A DNA stretch of 64,000 nucleotides, taken from the NCBI RefSeq assembly GCF_006345805.1, contig NC_043012.1, forward strand, positions 35,154,001-35,218,000, read 5' to 3'. Both the position numbers and the translations under genes were made by a program. Origin of the DNA: Octopus sinensis. Its lineage: Eukaryota. Positions 42,686 to 56,836 of this stretch are shown here, in pieces. The notes beneath the pieces were generated by a model. The model searched no databases and was not told where the DNA came from. It saw only the letters and a program-made list of their open reading frames with translations. Position 1 is the first letter of the stretch. Each line of letters begins with the position of its first letter.

Positions 42686-43801
42686 GGTATGAATACACCT
42701 GCAACTAGGTCAGTTGAAGCGGAATATGTCCTTTTCAGCGCGATTAGTTTACCTTCACGTCTGTTATTCTGTTATTCCAATTCGCAATTAGTTCTGATTC
42801 TCTCTTATTCAGATTGCTATTCAAAACCGTTGTTCGATTATCCCGTCTTTTTTTAATATTATTTTTCTGGTTATGTTGCCATCTGTGGAGGCGTGCAGCT
42901 TAGTGGTCATGATCGACAGATTATGGTTTCGATTCTTGGGCTGGGCAACGCGTTGTGTTCTTGAGCAAAACACTTCATTTCACGTTGCTCCAGTCCACTC
43001 AGCTGGCAAAACGAGTAATCCTGCGACGGACCAGTGACACGCCCGGAAGCGGGGGGGGGGCAGAGAATAGAAGCGCCACGCCACTGGAAACCGGCTTTAC
43101 GAGTTTGTATGACACAGGAAGGATCTTTATCCTTTTTGAGTGAAGGCACATGGCTTTGGTTAGGGTATTCACATCATGATCGTAAAGTCGGGAGATCGAT
43201 TCCCGCCGGTGCGTTTTGTCTTTGAGACACTCTATTTCACGTTGTTCCAACTGCCACTCAGCTGGCAAAAGTGAGTGGTACCTGTAATTCAAGGGGCCAG
43301 CATTGTCACATTCTGTGTCACGCAGAATTTTTCTAAGAAGGGTACATGTGTCTGTGGAGTACTCAGCCACTTGCACTTTAATTTCATGCTCAGGCTGCTC
43401 CATTGATCGAATCACCTGCAACATACGTCGTCGTAACTGACGGAGTGTCAGATGATAATAATTTTGTTGAAGAGGCTCTTATACACCCTTCCTTCCTATC
43501 CACCGATTCTACACAATTCCAGTGAGCATCGAAGATACCATTCTACTCCTTCAATACACTAATGTACAGAATATTTCTAGGTTCCTACAGAAGTCTGGTC
43601 GTCAGGGTATACGTCCTGAACCACTTCAAATTACTTATCCATAAATAGGCAACTTTCAGTAAAACCAATCTGGATTTTAAGTTAGCGACAAGACAACGCG
43701 GACTTACTTTGAGCCTAGTTCCTTAGGGACATCATACATTTACAGAGGATCTTTATTTTAATGTGAAGATTTCAATATATATATTTTCTATTTCAATATA
43801 A

Positions 43802-44386
43802 AGGCGGTGAGCTGGCAGAAACGTTAGCACGCCGGGCGAAATGCTTAGCTGTATTTCGTCTGCCGTTACGTTCTGAGTTCAAATTCCGCCGAGGTCGACT
43901 TTGCCTTTCATCCATACAGGGTCGATAAATTAAGTACCAATTACGCACTGGGGTCGATATAATCGACTTAATCCGTTTGTCTGTCCTTGTTTGTCCTCTC
44001 TGTGTTTAGACCCTTGTGGGTAGTAAAGAAATAGGTATTTCGCCTGCCTTTACTTACTGAGTTCAAATTCCGCTGAGGTCGACTTTGCCTTTTATCCTTT
44101 CGGTTGTCGATTAAATAAGTACCAGTTACGCACTGGGGTCGATATAATCGACTTAATCCGTTTGTCTGTCCTTGTTTGCCGTCTCTGTGTTTAGTCCATT
44201 GTGGGTAGTAAAAAAATAGGTATTTCGACTGCTGCTACATTCTGAGTTCGAATTCCACCTAGGTCGACTTTGCCTTTCATCCTTTCGGGGTCGATAGATT
44301 AAGTACCAGTTGCGTACTGGGGTCGATCTAATCGACTGCCCTACCCTCCTCCAAAATTTCGGGCCTTGTGCCTAGAGTAGAAAAGA
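43802..44386 (+). mobile_element. SINE family B (three modules), well preserved
   Basis: ggcggtgagctggcagaaacg head, three core modules, tail cctagagtagaaaaga. Confidence 0.9.
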
Positions 44387-44732
44387 AGGTAAAGATTTGA
44401 ACTGAATGTAACATCTTCGGACTCTAGGCAAGTGTGTTTTCATTATTATTTCTTCCCGCCAACATGATATTTTAATCTTTTTCCTTTCTTTTTCTTTTAG
44501 TCAGATCTTTCAACATCTTAACATTATTCTTCAATAACATCAAATTACTCATTTACCATCTTTGTATCATTTATAATTAATATTCATGTTATCTTTTTAA
44601 CCTCTCTGAAACCCTGGATGAGTCGATGAAAAGATTACTTACCACTCTTTGCTCACGATTTCTCACGAAGAATTTCCGTCTTCATCTTTATTCTGTAACG
44701 CATTTGGCAATGTTCACCGGTTCATGGCATTT

Positions 44733-44779
44733 ACAACAACAACAACAACAACAACAACAACAGCAGCAGCAGCAGCAGC

Positions 44780-44835
<56 letters not shown>

Positions 44836-44882
44836 CGACGACGACGACAACGGCGACGGCGACGGCGACGACAACAACAACA
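44733..44882 (+). repeat. Compound (CAA/CAG/CGA)n microsatellite
   Basis: Seen directly; it abuts a truncated family C SINE. Confidence 0.95.
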
Positions 44883-45339
44883 GACCGGGCGTTGTGCGTG
44901 TTTATTGAGCGAAAACGCCTAAAGCTCCACGATGCTCCGGCAGAGAATGGTGGCGACCCCTGTTGTACTCTTTCGCTCCAATCTTCTCACACTCTTTCTT
45001 CCTGTTCCTTGTCCCCGACTTCCTACGCAACCGCTGAGCCTGGATGCGCATTCATCCATCCGTCGATGCTCTCGGTGTCGGGGCTTGACTTGCTTTCTCT
45101 TCTGCGGGTCTTACGAATAGCAAAGGACCACGTTTCGGACTTCTCCCATCTTGCGAGCTCTGGGACGAAGACCGTTCGCTCAACAGCAAAAGCAACAGCA
45201 ATGACAACAAAAACAACAGCAACAGCCAGTTTACTTACTTGTTTATAGATTTTTCTTCTATTTTAAAATTTATCCAGCCGAAATGTGCTTTTTTCCTTAA
45301 TTTATGTATTGTCTTGTATTCTTTCAGAAATCCAGCAAA

Positions 45340-45489
45340 ATGCAGGTTCTACCCTTGGCTCATGATTTCCCTAGCAAGCACATGACCTTTTCTGGTCTGC
45401 TTGCTGTGCTGGTTGGTTTGTTCACTTTCATAATATCTTGCGTCTACGCAGGAGGCATGATCATTGGAACATTGATCTGTTGTTTATTT
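45340..45489 (+). CDS. Four-TM MS4A/CD20-like protein, coding exon 1 ([50 protein letters not shown])
   Basis: Acceptor gtattctttcag|45328; ATG in aaaATG context; donor ttt|gtgagt; 150 nt, phase 0. Encodes TM1 and half of TM2. Confidence 0.85.
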
Positions 45490-45510
45490 GTGAGTATACT
45501 CCTCACTTTC

Positions 45511-45588
<78 letters not shown>

Positions 45589-45634
45589 AATCTATCGATC
45601 TATCTATCTGTCTGTCTGTCTGTCTGTCTGTATG

Positions 45635-45718
<84 letters not shown>

Positions 45719-45738
45719 CCTGTCTGTCCGTCTGTCTG

Positions 45739-45821
<83 letters not shown>

Positions 45822-46089
45822 TTCCAATCACTCCCTCTATACTTCCACCCTCTCTCCTATTTTCCTTTTACCTCCTGCTCTCTACCATTCAACCTCTTCC
45901 TTTCTATTTGTCAGTGCCCTTTCTCTCGCTTCTCTTGCTGTGCGAGCCATGTTGTATGCTGAAGTGATGATGGCAAATGAAGTGGTATGCTATTGTAGTT
46001 AGGACATGCGTGGCGGTGCAGTGTGGTACACCCTACAATGCACTGCTTGTTATAGGTGACGAATTTGCTGAATGCAGTCGGGATGTTTA

Positions 46090-46345
46090 GAAGCATGTGT
46101 TGCACTGAGCAAAATGTTACAGAAATTTATGAGTATTTTTCTAATGAACTTATTCGCTGGTAGAAGAGGTTCAAGGACAATAGAGAGGAGAGACGATGAA
46201 ACGGTGTGGCAGGGAGCAGGGCTACCGAACATCAACAGCTGGTTGAGAGAATTCGCAATTTTCTAGTTGAAGACCATCGTGTTTCTCTAAAGACATTAAA
46301 CATACAGTTTAGAATTGGTGAGACCATTGTACACAGAATCCCGGA
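46090..46345 (+). mobile_element. Degenerate mariner transposase N-terminal (HTH) relic
   Basis: RW*KRFKD...VERIRNFLVEDHRVSLKTLNIQFRIGETIVHRI. Confidence 0.7.
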
Positions 46346-46581
46346 TGATCAGTTGGACATAGCAGGAGCGGGTCGAAAAGATGATCTAGGTCCACTTGGG
46401 ATTATGTAAGAACCTAAAACAACCAACGACCAAATTATATGTCACTAAGTCCGTTCCTTTATGTGTAATAACAAGGTTTGAAGGTGGAGAATTTGACTGC
46501 TTTTTCTAGCACATTGTGAGTTACTACTAGACATACACATGTTTACAGTGATATCACAATTTCAATATGTTTGTTTTTCAG

Positions 46582-46647
46582 CTTACTATAGTCGGTGTGT
46601 TCCTCATTCTTACTGGTCTCTACGTCTTGAAACCAATAGTGGAAAAT
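46582..46647 (+). CDS. Four-TM protein coding exon 2 (LTIVGVFLILTGLYVLKPIVEN)
   Basis: tttgtttttcag| ... aat|gtaagt; 66 nt, phase 0-0; completes TM2. Confidence 0.85.
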
Positions 46648-46686
46648 GTAAGTAAACAACTATTACTATTACTATTATTATTATAA

Positions 46687-46744
<58 letters not shown>

Positions 46745-46746
<2 letters not shown>

Positions 46747-46895
46747 GTTTGACTTTAGCTTTATATTTGCACAAGTTGGTTCCAAGTTTCACCCAGAGAC
46801 CTCAAGAGACAACAAGTTGGAAGTTCATGTTGGTGTTATGTCTAGGGTGCCATATATTTGGTTTTGTACTTAGTGTTGTACTAGTGAATGTCTAA
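46745..46895 (-). repeat. Probable R4/Dong-type 3' UTR fragment between (TAA)n tracts
   Basis: Short non-repetitive stretch running into a (TAA)n tail on the minus strand with TAA on both sides. Family assignment is inference. Confidence 0.4.
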
Positions 46896-46954
46896 TTTAA
46901 TTATTATTTTATTATTATTATTATTATTATTATATTATTATTATTTTATTATTA

Positions 46955-46990
<36 letters not shown>

Positions 46991-48635
46991 TATTATTATT
47001 ATATGTTATTATTATTATTATTATTATTATTGCAATTTAATTCGAATTACAATTAAATTTAAATTTAATTGATCCAAAAACAATTCAATTTAAAAGTATA
47101 GTCACTCCTCAGGTCAACAATAATAACAATAATAGTTAAATAAATACATATTTTTAATAAATAATAAAACAGAATTAAATAAAAATATGATACTTCTTAT
47201 AGAAGAAATTCCGTTAACTAAATTTTAAACTTAAAAAGTAGGACCAAGTGTTTATAATACATTTATCCCGTTAAAAACCTAATGAAAAAAATAGAGTAAA
47301 TAGATAGAAATATGTATATTATCTGTGAAGATATATTTTAGCTTTGAGAATAATCTAAACAAACTATAGTATATTTTTACAGGGAAAAATATAAGATTTC
47401 AATTAATTAAAATAAAACTACTCAAAATATACTTAAGTTAAGCTAAAATACTATAATATAATCTATATTTATTAACTAATTAAATTATATATTACTTTAT
47501 TAATTAAATAAACATCTAATTTGATCCAATTCTAACTATGTACTAAACCCTATACAAACATGTGTAGACTTATAATATATCTTATATCAACAACGCTGCA
47601 GCCACAACCCTGCAATAGCATTTTGTATATATTTCAACAATATACTAACAATTAATTTAAACTTATTATATAAGTAAATTAATTTATGTCTAGAACTAAT
47701 ATTTCGCTCAACGATAAAATAAACAAAGTACTTATTTTTATTATTAAATTGAATAGTATATAAAGAAAGAAATATAAAAAAGTTTTCACTACCTATACTA
47801 TAATATTTTACGTTACAAACTATTTCACAAAACAACCACAAATAATGCTCTAAGATTTTCGTTCACATATAATAATTATAATAATAAGAATAATTAAATA
47901 AAAGTACGTATTTTAAATTATAATTAACAAATTAAAAAAATTAGAAATACATATTTTTTAATCAATAATCATATAAATTTCACCATTATTTCTTAAATAA
48001 AATGTATACTTATTTTTTTCGAAGATATTTTATGAACTAAAATTTTTTTTATTAAAAACGTATAACTTAGCGTTTATATGTCTAGATCTAATATTTCGTT
48101 TATTAAGGGAATAACGAAAGTACTTATATTATTATTATTATTATTATTAAATTCAATAGTACAAAAAAACAACAACTTTTCACTACCTATACTATAATAT
48201 TTTACGTTACAAACTATTTCACAAAACAACCACACTTAATGCTTTTCACTACCTATACTACCTTCCCCCGCAGAGATGCGGGCGTCAGATCTCTCCTTTC
48301 GAAAACACTAACTTTTGAAACATTGTTTACAAAATGTAAATTTGGCACTCTGCGGTAAGTTTTGTAAGATGAATAGAGAGGCTTACCTTCTCCCGCGGAG
48401 AAGTGAGAGTCAGATCTCTCCTTTCGAGAAGATGAACAGTTTACAAAATAACAGCTGATCGTTTGCGAATGAGCGTGTCTACTGTCAACACTTAGGATTT
48501 TTGCTCTGGTAACTTCTGCTCTCTCCCATGTTCACGCACGACCAAGCTATATGTCACTATGAGTAGAGCAACGGATTCAACTAATTTGGAAATTTGTTGT
48601 GGAGAAACGGAAAATATTGTTTATATGGGTGTATA

Positions 48636-48679
<44 letters not shown>

Positions 48680-48907
48680 GGGTAACACACACACACATAC
48701 AAATGCGTACGTACGTACACCTATTGCATACATGTTTTTTGTACGCATACATGTTCGCGTGTGTGTGTGACTGTAGCCATTCACGCACACATACATACAT
48801 ACATACATACATACATACATACATACATACATACATACATAACAACTCCTGTCTGACTCTTTTTATCTGTCAACCACTCACTAAAAAGAGGAAACTTTAA
48901 AAATGTG

Positions 48908-48951
<44 letters not shown>

Positions 48952-49168
48952 ACACCGTCGCTAGAAGGGGACTTAACTCGTGTTTGCAGCTTAGTTTGCA
49001 TAATAATGTCCTCACAATGTACAAGAAATTGTATGCATATCTTTTTCATTGAGCTCCCTCACAAGACACTTTCCCTTGTACATTATTGCTCGCCCTAATA
49101 TCTTCATTTTTGTAAAGAATTGTTCTTTATCTTCATTCCTCTTGAGAAATATATATATATATATATAT

Positions 49169-49217
<49 letters not shown>

Positions 49218-49287
49218 ATATATATACATACCATACATACATACATACATACATACATACATACATACATACATACATACATACATT

Positions 49288-49329
<42 letters not shown>

Positions 49330-49444
49330 ATAATATATATATATATATAGCTGTGACTGGTGAAATATCACTATTTCTGTAATGATTTGTACTGGATGAA
49401 GGACCAATTTTGTAAAAGTAAACTGTAATCTTGTGTTAAACACA

Positions 49445-49485
<41 letters not shown>

Positions 49486-49992
49486 TATACATATGTGCAT
49501 ATACATAAATAGAAACAATGTTACATCCAGATTTTCCAACACATACCAGCACGAGGAATTCAACATTGGACAAGGATGATGATGATGATGACATTAAATC
49601 CAGACAATTTTTTTTGAAAAATAACTTTTTTTAACCAATTTGTTATCTTCTATTGAAAGAACTGAACAGCTGTATAGATGTAAACACAATCTTTTCTTCT
49701 TCCTTTTTTTTCTTCCTTTTTTCCTTCTTTCTTTCCTTCTCTTTTCCATTGACACCCCTTTCAGACACACACTGGCACACACACACACACACACATACAT
49801 ACACACACAAACACACACACACTCTCTTTTACTATCCTATATCTCTCGCACCCCTACATACTATAAAAAGAGACGAATCCCATCAAAAAAAATCAAATCT
49901 GAAGAATCTGCTAGAGTGGATGCAAGCACTATTATGTGATTTATAAAAACTTGTGACCTATTAAAAAAATCTGTAAATATGCAACCAACCAG

Positions 49993-50108
<116 letters not shown>

Positions 50109-50222
50109 ATATATATGTATATATGTATATATGTATATATATATGTATACATATGTATATGTATACATACATATATATATATATATTATATATATATGTA
50201 TGTATACATATATTGTATATCT

Positions 50223-50294
<72 letters not shown>

Positions 50295-50385
50295 ACATCA
50301 TATATATATATATACATACTGTCGCACACGTAAACTCATATATATATATATATGAGTGTGTGTGTGCGCGCATTTGTACACACAC

Positions 50386-50446
<61 letters not shown>

Positions 50447-50502
50447 AATTATTTTAATTTGATATAAATTAATGTATGCATACATCATTTACTCCGTTTC
50501 AG

Positions 50503-50583
50503 ACCTTGATCCAGATGGTGTTGATTGGTCTCGGTTTATTATTTGCCTTCATCTCATTTTGTATATTTTGTGCCGTTGCAGAT
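50503..50583 (+). CDS. Four-TM protein coding exon 3 (TLIQMVLIGLGLLFAFISFCIFCAVAD)
   Basis: actccgtttcag| ... gat|gtaagt; 81 nt, phase 0-0; TM3. Confidence 0.85.
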
Positions 50584-51085
50584 GTAAGTTGAAAAATTCC
50601 TTCTGTCAGCTTTATATTTTGTTTTTATTCAAAATTGATAACTCAGACCTCCAATTAAATCTATCTATCATCTCTTTCCCCCTCTCTGTCTCTGTCTCTG
50701 TCATCATCACTGATGACACGCACTTAAAAACAATGGTGAGTTTGGGGTGCTCTTTCGATTAAAAAAAATAGAGAAATCCTCGCTTCCTTTTGAAATAAAA
50801 GACGAAACGTAATTTCGTATCAATAGTGAAATTTTTCATTAACTCCCACCCCATCCTACCTCATCCCAAGAACCCCAAACTTTTTGCTTCTTTTCGAAAT
50901 TCTTTTTTAGTTTTGAAGTATGGACTGTTCGAATCAGCGATTTGTTTTAGTTTATAATTTTAAAATAATTTTGAGACGAAAAGGTGTGTGATTTGAAAGT
51001 GATTCTAACCCTAACCCAATATCCTACGACCACCTGGTACAGTCCTTGTTTATTTGTCACTTTGACATGTATTGATATTGCTTAA

Positions 51086-51453
51086 CTAGCACTATGACCC
51101 GGCGTTGCCGGGTCATAATGCTAGTGCATGCATATACAGCTACGTGCGTGCGCACATACACGCGAGTACTGTCCAAATCTCCGACCAATCACATACAACT
51201 AGCTGGCATTCAATTGGCCTATCAAGTTTCGGACATTTTGATTGGGTTTTGGATAGAAAATTCACAAAAAAGTCACTTCTATTGATTTTTTAATGGCTTT
51301 GCCGGGTGACTGGGGAAATGTAAAGATGTGCACGACCACCCTTGGACGGTTTTGAATGACCCTAGAAAGTGCGAGCCCTCTAACTGAAAAATTATGGATT
51401 TGTATAAAGGACACGCACACACACACACAGTTTGTCGTTTATATATAGAGAGA
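51086..51453 (-). mobile_element. Non-autonomous Helitron
   Basis: Minus strand begins a|tctctctatatataaacg and ends with hairpin gacccggcaacgccgggtc then CTAG|t. Confidence 0.8.
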
Positions 51454-51795
51454 TATTTTTCTCACCCACATTTCAAACGATGATGCGGAAGTAACAGCTT
51501 TCTTTAGTTCAAACATGATCTATTGCAAATAAAATGAGTTTCCAGAATTATGTCCCTTGCATCGGCACGGCGGAAGCGTAAAATCGCATGTGTGTGTAAA
51601 CTAGGCAGGATATTCGCGTGACTGGATAGCGGGGATAAGAGAGGAATGGAGGTGTTAGCGAGGTAATTGACCGGTTTCTGAAGGAGTATTCTATGTATAC
51701 AGGTAACGCGACAAAGGCAGGCAGCACCTTTCACCATCCCTACAGTCACCTCTTCTCTCACCCCTTTGCTCGCGTTATCATATTTCCTCCCTCCC

Positions 51796-52201
51796 GTCCT
51801 ACGCTTCTATACCTATAATACTCCTTCGTAAATTCACTTCTACTCCCCCTCTCTTTTCCTCTCTCCCCTCCATCACCTCGTTATCTCTTTTCTTGCCATC
51901 ATCGCAATTCAAACATATACACACAATTGTCGAATACAAAGATTTTTGACTTTGCTTTCTCAACTTTTAAAAAATTGATATTTGTCGATGAAATTTTCCC
52001 CGAAGAGTTATTCCCCCTTGATTGCACTGGGACATCAAAGATCTTTGTATTCGACAATTGTGTGTATATGTTTGAAGTGCGATGATGGCAAGAAAAGAGA
52101 TAATGAGGTGATGGAGGGGAGAGAGGAAAAGAGAGAGGGAGTAGAAGTGAGGAGTAATCACTGAATTTACGAAGGAGTATTATAGGTATAGAAGCGTAGG
52201 A
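51796..52201. repeat. Inverted repeat with ~155-bp arms
   Basis: cctacgcttctatacctataat...gaatacaaagat is mirrored by atctttgtattc...attataggtatagaagcgtagg. Confidence 0.9.
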
Positions 52202-53326
52202 CCCGCATGAATTTTCCAGAACCCTTACCCTAACCCTAACTCCACCCACGAAAAAATAATAAATAAAATTTTTGCACCACAAATTCCGATGTAATCAGAC
52301 TCTACACATTCAGTATTTGTAGAAAATTTCATTTAAAAAAATCCATGAGGAAACAAAGTTATTGATGGGGCCACACTTGTGAACGTATGCCTTTTCCTTT
52401 CTGCCACGGATTTTCGTTGCGATTCTTTAAAAACAACCAAGAATTACCTTCTTTTGCACTCGTCAGCACAAAACGCCCAGACTATACATTTCTGACGGGC
52501 CATGTCTGTTAATGCTTTTAAACAAGAATAATTTCATGAGAATCTTTGTATAACATTGTGGCCGTATGTCGACTTAATTAGTATTACCGTAACAGCATCT
52601 TGAGCATGCTGGGAAAATGCTCAATGTCATTTCATCTGGCTTTATGTTGTTGGTTCAAATTTCGCCGAGGTCAAATTTGCCGTTTATCCTTTCAATGTAG
52701 AAGGGGTCGATAAAAAAGTACCAGTTGAACGCTGGGGTCGTTGAAATTGACTTTCCCTTCGCCCGAAATTTCAGGTCTTTTGCCTGTAATAGAAAGGATT
52801 TGTTATGGGAAAGAATTGTTACTACGTCGGACAAGATGCTAAAATATATTTCTTCCATTGCTAAAATGGTAATTATTTCATTGAACCCGGAAGAATGAAA
52901 AGTAAGTCGACCTTGACAAAGTTTCAACTAAGACCCGAAAGGCAGACGAAATGCTGCAAAGCCTTTTGACCGACGTGTACGCCGTCGTCATAATAATAAT
53001 AATAATAATAATCCTTTCTATTTCACAAACCTGAAATTAGGGAGAGGGGGATAGTCAAATACATCGACCCCGTTACACAACTGGTACTTGTTTTATCGAC
53101 TCCGGAAGGATGAAAGGCTAAGTCGAAGTTTGTCCCCTTGTGCGTAGTAAAGAAATAGGTATTTCGTCTGTCTTGACATTCTGTGTTCAAATTTCGCCGA
53201 CGTCGACTTTGCCTTTCATCCTTTCATGGTCGATAAATTAAGTACCAGTTGCGTACTGGGGTCGATCTAATCGACTGGTCCCTTCCCCGCTAAAAAATTT
53301 CGGGCCTTGAGCCTAGAGTAGAAAAG

Positions 53327-53364
<38 letters not shown>

Positions 53365-53385
53365 CATTATTATTATTATTATTAT

Positions 53386-53745
53386 CAACTCACAGCTTGT
53401 ATTGCTAGGCATGCTGGAAAGTGTCAGCTGTCCACAGCCAACAGACTAACGTGACACTTGTTTACTGGTCATGCTTCAAGAACCCTGCGAAGAATTCTTG
53501 CAGTTCCAAGCAATGCTAGTTTTTGTAGGTGTTCTACCTTCACACTTGCACCAATCTTTTTCAGCCATGCTGGTAGTTGAGTGCTGATACTTCCAAGTGC
53601 ACCAATTACCCTGGGTATCACCTCTACTCTCTTCATTGACCACAACCTTTCTATTTCCCACTTTAAATCGTCAAAGCTGTTTATTTTTTCTTCTTCTTTC
53701 ACATTGACCCTGTTGTCACCGGGGCTTCCTATGTCGATTATCATA
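53386..53745 (-). mobile_element. Third R4/Dong-like 3' end (RLE C-terminus, UTR, TAA tail)
   Basis: IIDIGSPGD..KEEEKI..DLKWEIERLW..VIGALG..LQKLALLGTARILRRVL*. (TAA)n on both sides. Confidence 0.85.
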
Positions 53746-53805
53746 CATGTACTTTATTATTATTATTATTATTATATTATTATTATTATTATAATTATTA
53801 TTATT

Positions 53806-54352
53806 GAGTGAGAGAGCAGTGCATGTCATCGAAGTGACACTGGGGTAAATATATACGAAGCTCAGTATACCCATCATGACTACCTGTCTGATAAGGATAC
53901 ACCAGGCATATGCATCACAACAATATGTGCGCGACATGTTGATCTCATATCAAGATAAACAGCACATGACCTTGCAGTTAGAATTTTCTTCTGGTCAAGT
54001 AACCCATCCTGCTCAAAAGGTCCCTGAGAAGGGTTGCTTAAGGATGTTGAACAAACCACCCATGTTTTCACCGGTGAAATATTCAAACCCCAAAGAATCC
54101 CTGTCAACAAATGGCTATGATGCTCCCCCACTACTTCTGCTTGTGATCAGACATTCACATATCGTCAGCCACTAAGGGACATGCTCAACTGGTTAAGGTT
54201 AAACAACTGACTGGCAAATCTGTGGTATTGAACAGAATATTTGTTGTAGCTCATCTTTTATACCAAGACAAAACAATGTACATGATAACACTTCCAATTA
54301 GTTAAGATCAGAAGCCATGAGAGCCACTGCCTGGTATTGAATCAGGACAATT
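53806..54352 (-). mobile_element. TAA-associated non-autonomous element, full length
   Basis: Reverse complement of 11084-11630; TAA tracts on both sides. Confidence 0.85.
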
Positions 54353-54386
54353 TATTATTATTATTATTATTATCATTATTATTATT

Positions 54387-54435
<49 letters not shown>

Positions 54436-54470
54436 TATTATTATTATTATCATTATTATCATCATCATCA

Positions 54471-54507
<37 letters not shown>

Positions 54508-54536
54508 TATCGTTATTGTTATTGTTATTATTATTA

Positions 54537-54586
<50 letters not shown>

Positions 54587-54668
54587 CATCATCGTTTTAT
54601 ATATATATATATTTATTTATTTATCTATTTATTTATTTATTTATCTATTTCTTTTTTTATCATTTCAG

Positions 54669-54676
54669 GCACCAGC
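54669..54676 (+). CDS. Four-TM protein micro-exon 4 (8 nt, gcaccagc)
   Basis: tttttttatcatttcag|GCACCAGC|gtaagt; strong sites; frame is restored by the 13-nt partner. Confidence 0.6.
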
Positions 54677-54976
54677 GTAAGTACAACCTCTACTTTCACA
54701 TTTCTGGGACAATATTTGATAGGTAAGAAGGTAAAAAAAGGAACAGGATATCGAAGAAAGTACTCTCCTTTATTTCTTCTCAGCGATTTATATCCACTTT
54801 TAAAATAAGACTGTCCTAAAGAACATACATACACACATACATAAATATATATGTCTGAGTGTAGCGATATATGTGTGTGTGCGTGTATGTGTGAATGTAC
54901 ATTTATTTATATAAATTATAAATACAGAAAGTGTAAGTTGAGTAAAATTATTTTACCATTAGCTTTCCATATTCAG

Positions 54977-54989
54977 CTACAATTCTTTC
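54977..54989 (+). CDS. Four-TM protein micro-exon 5 (13 nt, ctacaattctttc)
   Basis: ctttccatattcag|CTACAATTCTTTC|gtaact; donor is weaker; 8+13=21 nt gives APAYNSF. Confidence 0.45.
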
Positions 54990-55084
54990 GTAACTTACTA
55001 TCATGTACTAATAATTTATTTTATTTCATTTTATAATAAAAAATTATTTACATGTCTGTATTAATAAATATCTTCCTTATATCC

Positions 55085-56620
55085 CAATATTGACCACGAT
55101 GAAGGGGTAGAAGCTTGCATGGATGCCTTCGAAAAGCGGTCAGCCAAAATTATTCCATCAAATTTTCTCTGTAGATTATTGAGATTTGTGTTACAAAGTA
55201 ACACAATGAAGTTTAAACAAAGATTTTACCACCAGACGAATGATTGCGCCATGGTTACCCCCGTGGCAGTTACTTTCGCTAATGTCTTCATGACGAAATT
55301 CGACTCAGTTACTAAAGACATTCGAACCCTTTTATCGTCATGAACCAATACTCTGGTTACGGTTCATTGATGGCGTATTTTTATCTGGGGAGGATCACAG
55401 GATAGTTTAATGGAATTGCAATTCTGTGACCGTTGTACTAAAAGCTATGGCTTTAAATCCAACATATAATTTACGTCTAGTTTTCTGGAAGCAGAATAGG
55501 GACAGAGTTACTTTGCAAGCCCACGTCTTTCCACATTTATCTACCCCGCTGCTCCGATCATCCACACCATCTTATTCGGTGAAATCCGAAATCCCAATTT
55601 TTTAGGATAAAACGGATTTGTACTGACTGGAAACATGCAAATGCTTTTGTTTGTCATTATGTCAAACGCGGTTACAGTGAATAACGATTAAAGGAAATAG
55701 AAAATGAAATAGCTAATATTAGCAAAGACAGTCAAACCTACACGCATAATTTTAGTAAACACAATACAAGAAAAAGAAGAATACAATAGATGACATAATT
55801 CCTTTTGTGATTAACTGGCATTTCATAAGTGTTGCATGAAAGTTACTAGCATGTGGCGAAAAGATATCCTCGTTCAAACAGATATTTCCTCGGCTACCTA
55901 TTGACGGAATAAGAATAAAAGAGAATTATTGACCTCTCTTTCTGACTCCAAGAAAACGAATATTGGAGTATCTGCACGCTGTACCTTGAAAAACAGTTTC
56001 AAGAGAGGTAAGCCCTGTTCATTGTGCAACAACGTGAGTGAATTCCATCAGGAATCATAACAGAAATGTTATGATTTACACGGAAGATAGGACATGTAGA
56101 GATTTGGTGTACGCGGCAGAATGCACGGAACACAACTTGATTTATGTTGGTTGTACAACAGAACAATTAAACAAAAGGTTTAATGGGCACAGATTCGATG
56201 TCAGGCCCAATAACAGTAGTTTGACAGAACTTGCTGAACATTTCGTTTCAAACGACGGCAATTTTGAAAAAGATTTGAAAGTGCATATTCTCAGAATATG
56301 TTTGCGGGTTATTAACATCACGCCCTGGAGGAAAGAATATCAAGAGAATATCATCAAATTTATACAAAATTGTTTGATTAAATATTCTTTTTCTTTTCTT
56401 TTTTTCCTTCTTTTTTTCTATCTTTTTCTTTCCGCTTGTTATAAAAGTGAAACTTAAAGACTGATGATGTCATTCCATCAACGTGCGGACGCTAGTTGCT
56501 CTCGTTCATACTTCACATTTGAATTTCTATAATTTCAAATTCTTATCACTTCTTATTTTGAACTTGACAAAGACAGACTTACTTTCGAAATATCGTTCAA
56601 CCAATAAAATATCTTTTACA
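55085..56620 (+). mobile_element. Penelope-like element, degenerate (RT plus GIY-YIG)
   Basis: RT: FVLQSNTMKFKQRFYHQTNDCAMVTPVAVTFANVFM and WLRFIDGVFFIW. Endonuclease: LVYAAECTEHNLIYVGCTTEQLNKRFNGHR. Downstream ctgatga relic at 56461. Confidence 0.88.
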
Positions 56621-56691
56621 ATCGAATCGCGCTCTTCCTCTTAACTGTTTATCTTCGTGAAGAGTTACGTCAATCCTTTTTAAAATATTAT

Positions 56692-56729
<38 letters not shown>

Positions 56730-56836
56730 TTACTACTACTACTACTATCATTATTATTATTGTTGTTATTGTTGTTGCTGTTATCATCATCATTTGCATA
56801 TCTTTATTTCTCTCCTTCTTTACTTTGTCATTTCAG

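Noticed and set aside
44428-44500. GC-AG intron of a 5' UTR (tag|gcaagt ... ttttag)
   Set aside because: Plausible acceptor, but no convincing downstream donor linking it to 45328; unsupported without transcripts.
44626-45248. PolyQ or polyT protein ORFs
   Set aside because: Translation of a CAA/CAG microsatellite running into a SINE; no supporting splice structure.
45304-46002. 232-aa single-exon ORF
   Set aside because: Only 45340-45489 is credible; the rest reads through a gtgagt donor into (TATC)n.
51005-52240. Interstitial telomere (ctaaccctaacc at ~51006 and ~52228)
   Set aside because: Only 2-3 units each; such tracts are common inside repeats.
54637-54834. Minus-strand 65-aa ORF over the duplicated cassette
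   Set aside because: No recognisable domain; the + strand splice signals explain the duplicated block better.
54928-54932. Additional 5-nt micro-exon (cag|aaagt|gtaagt)
   Set aside because: Poor pyrimidine tract, would leave a 44-nt intron before 54977, and breaks the frame with the other micro-exons.
56455-56510. Hammerhead at the Penelope 3' end (ctgatga)
   Set aside because: No correctly placed GAAA or stem III; too degenerate to call.
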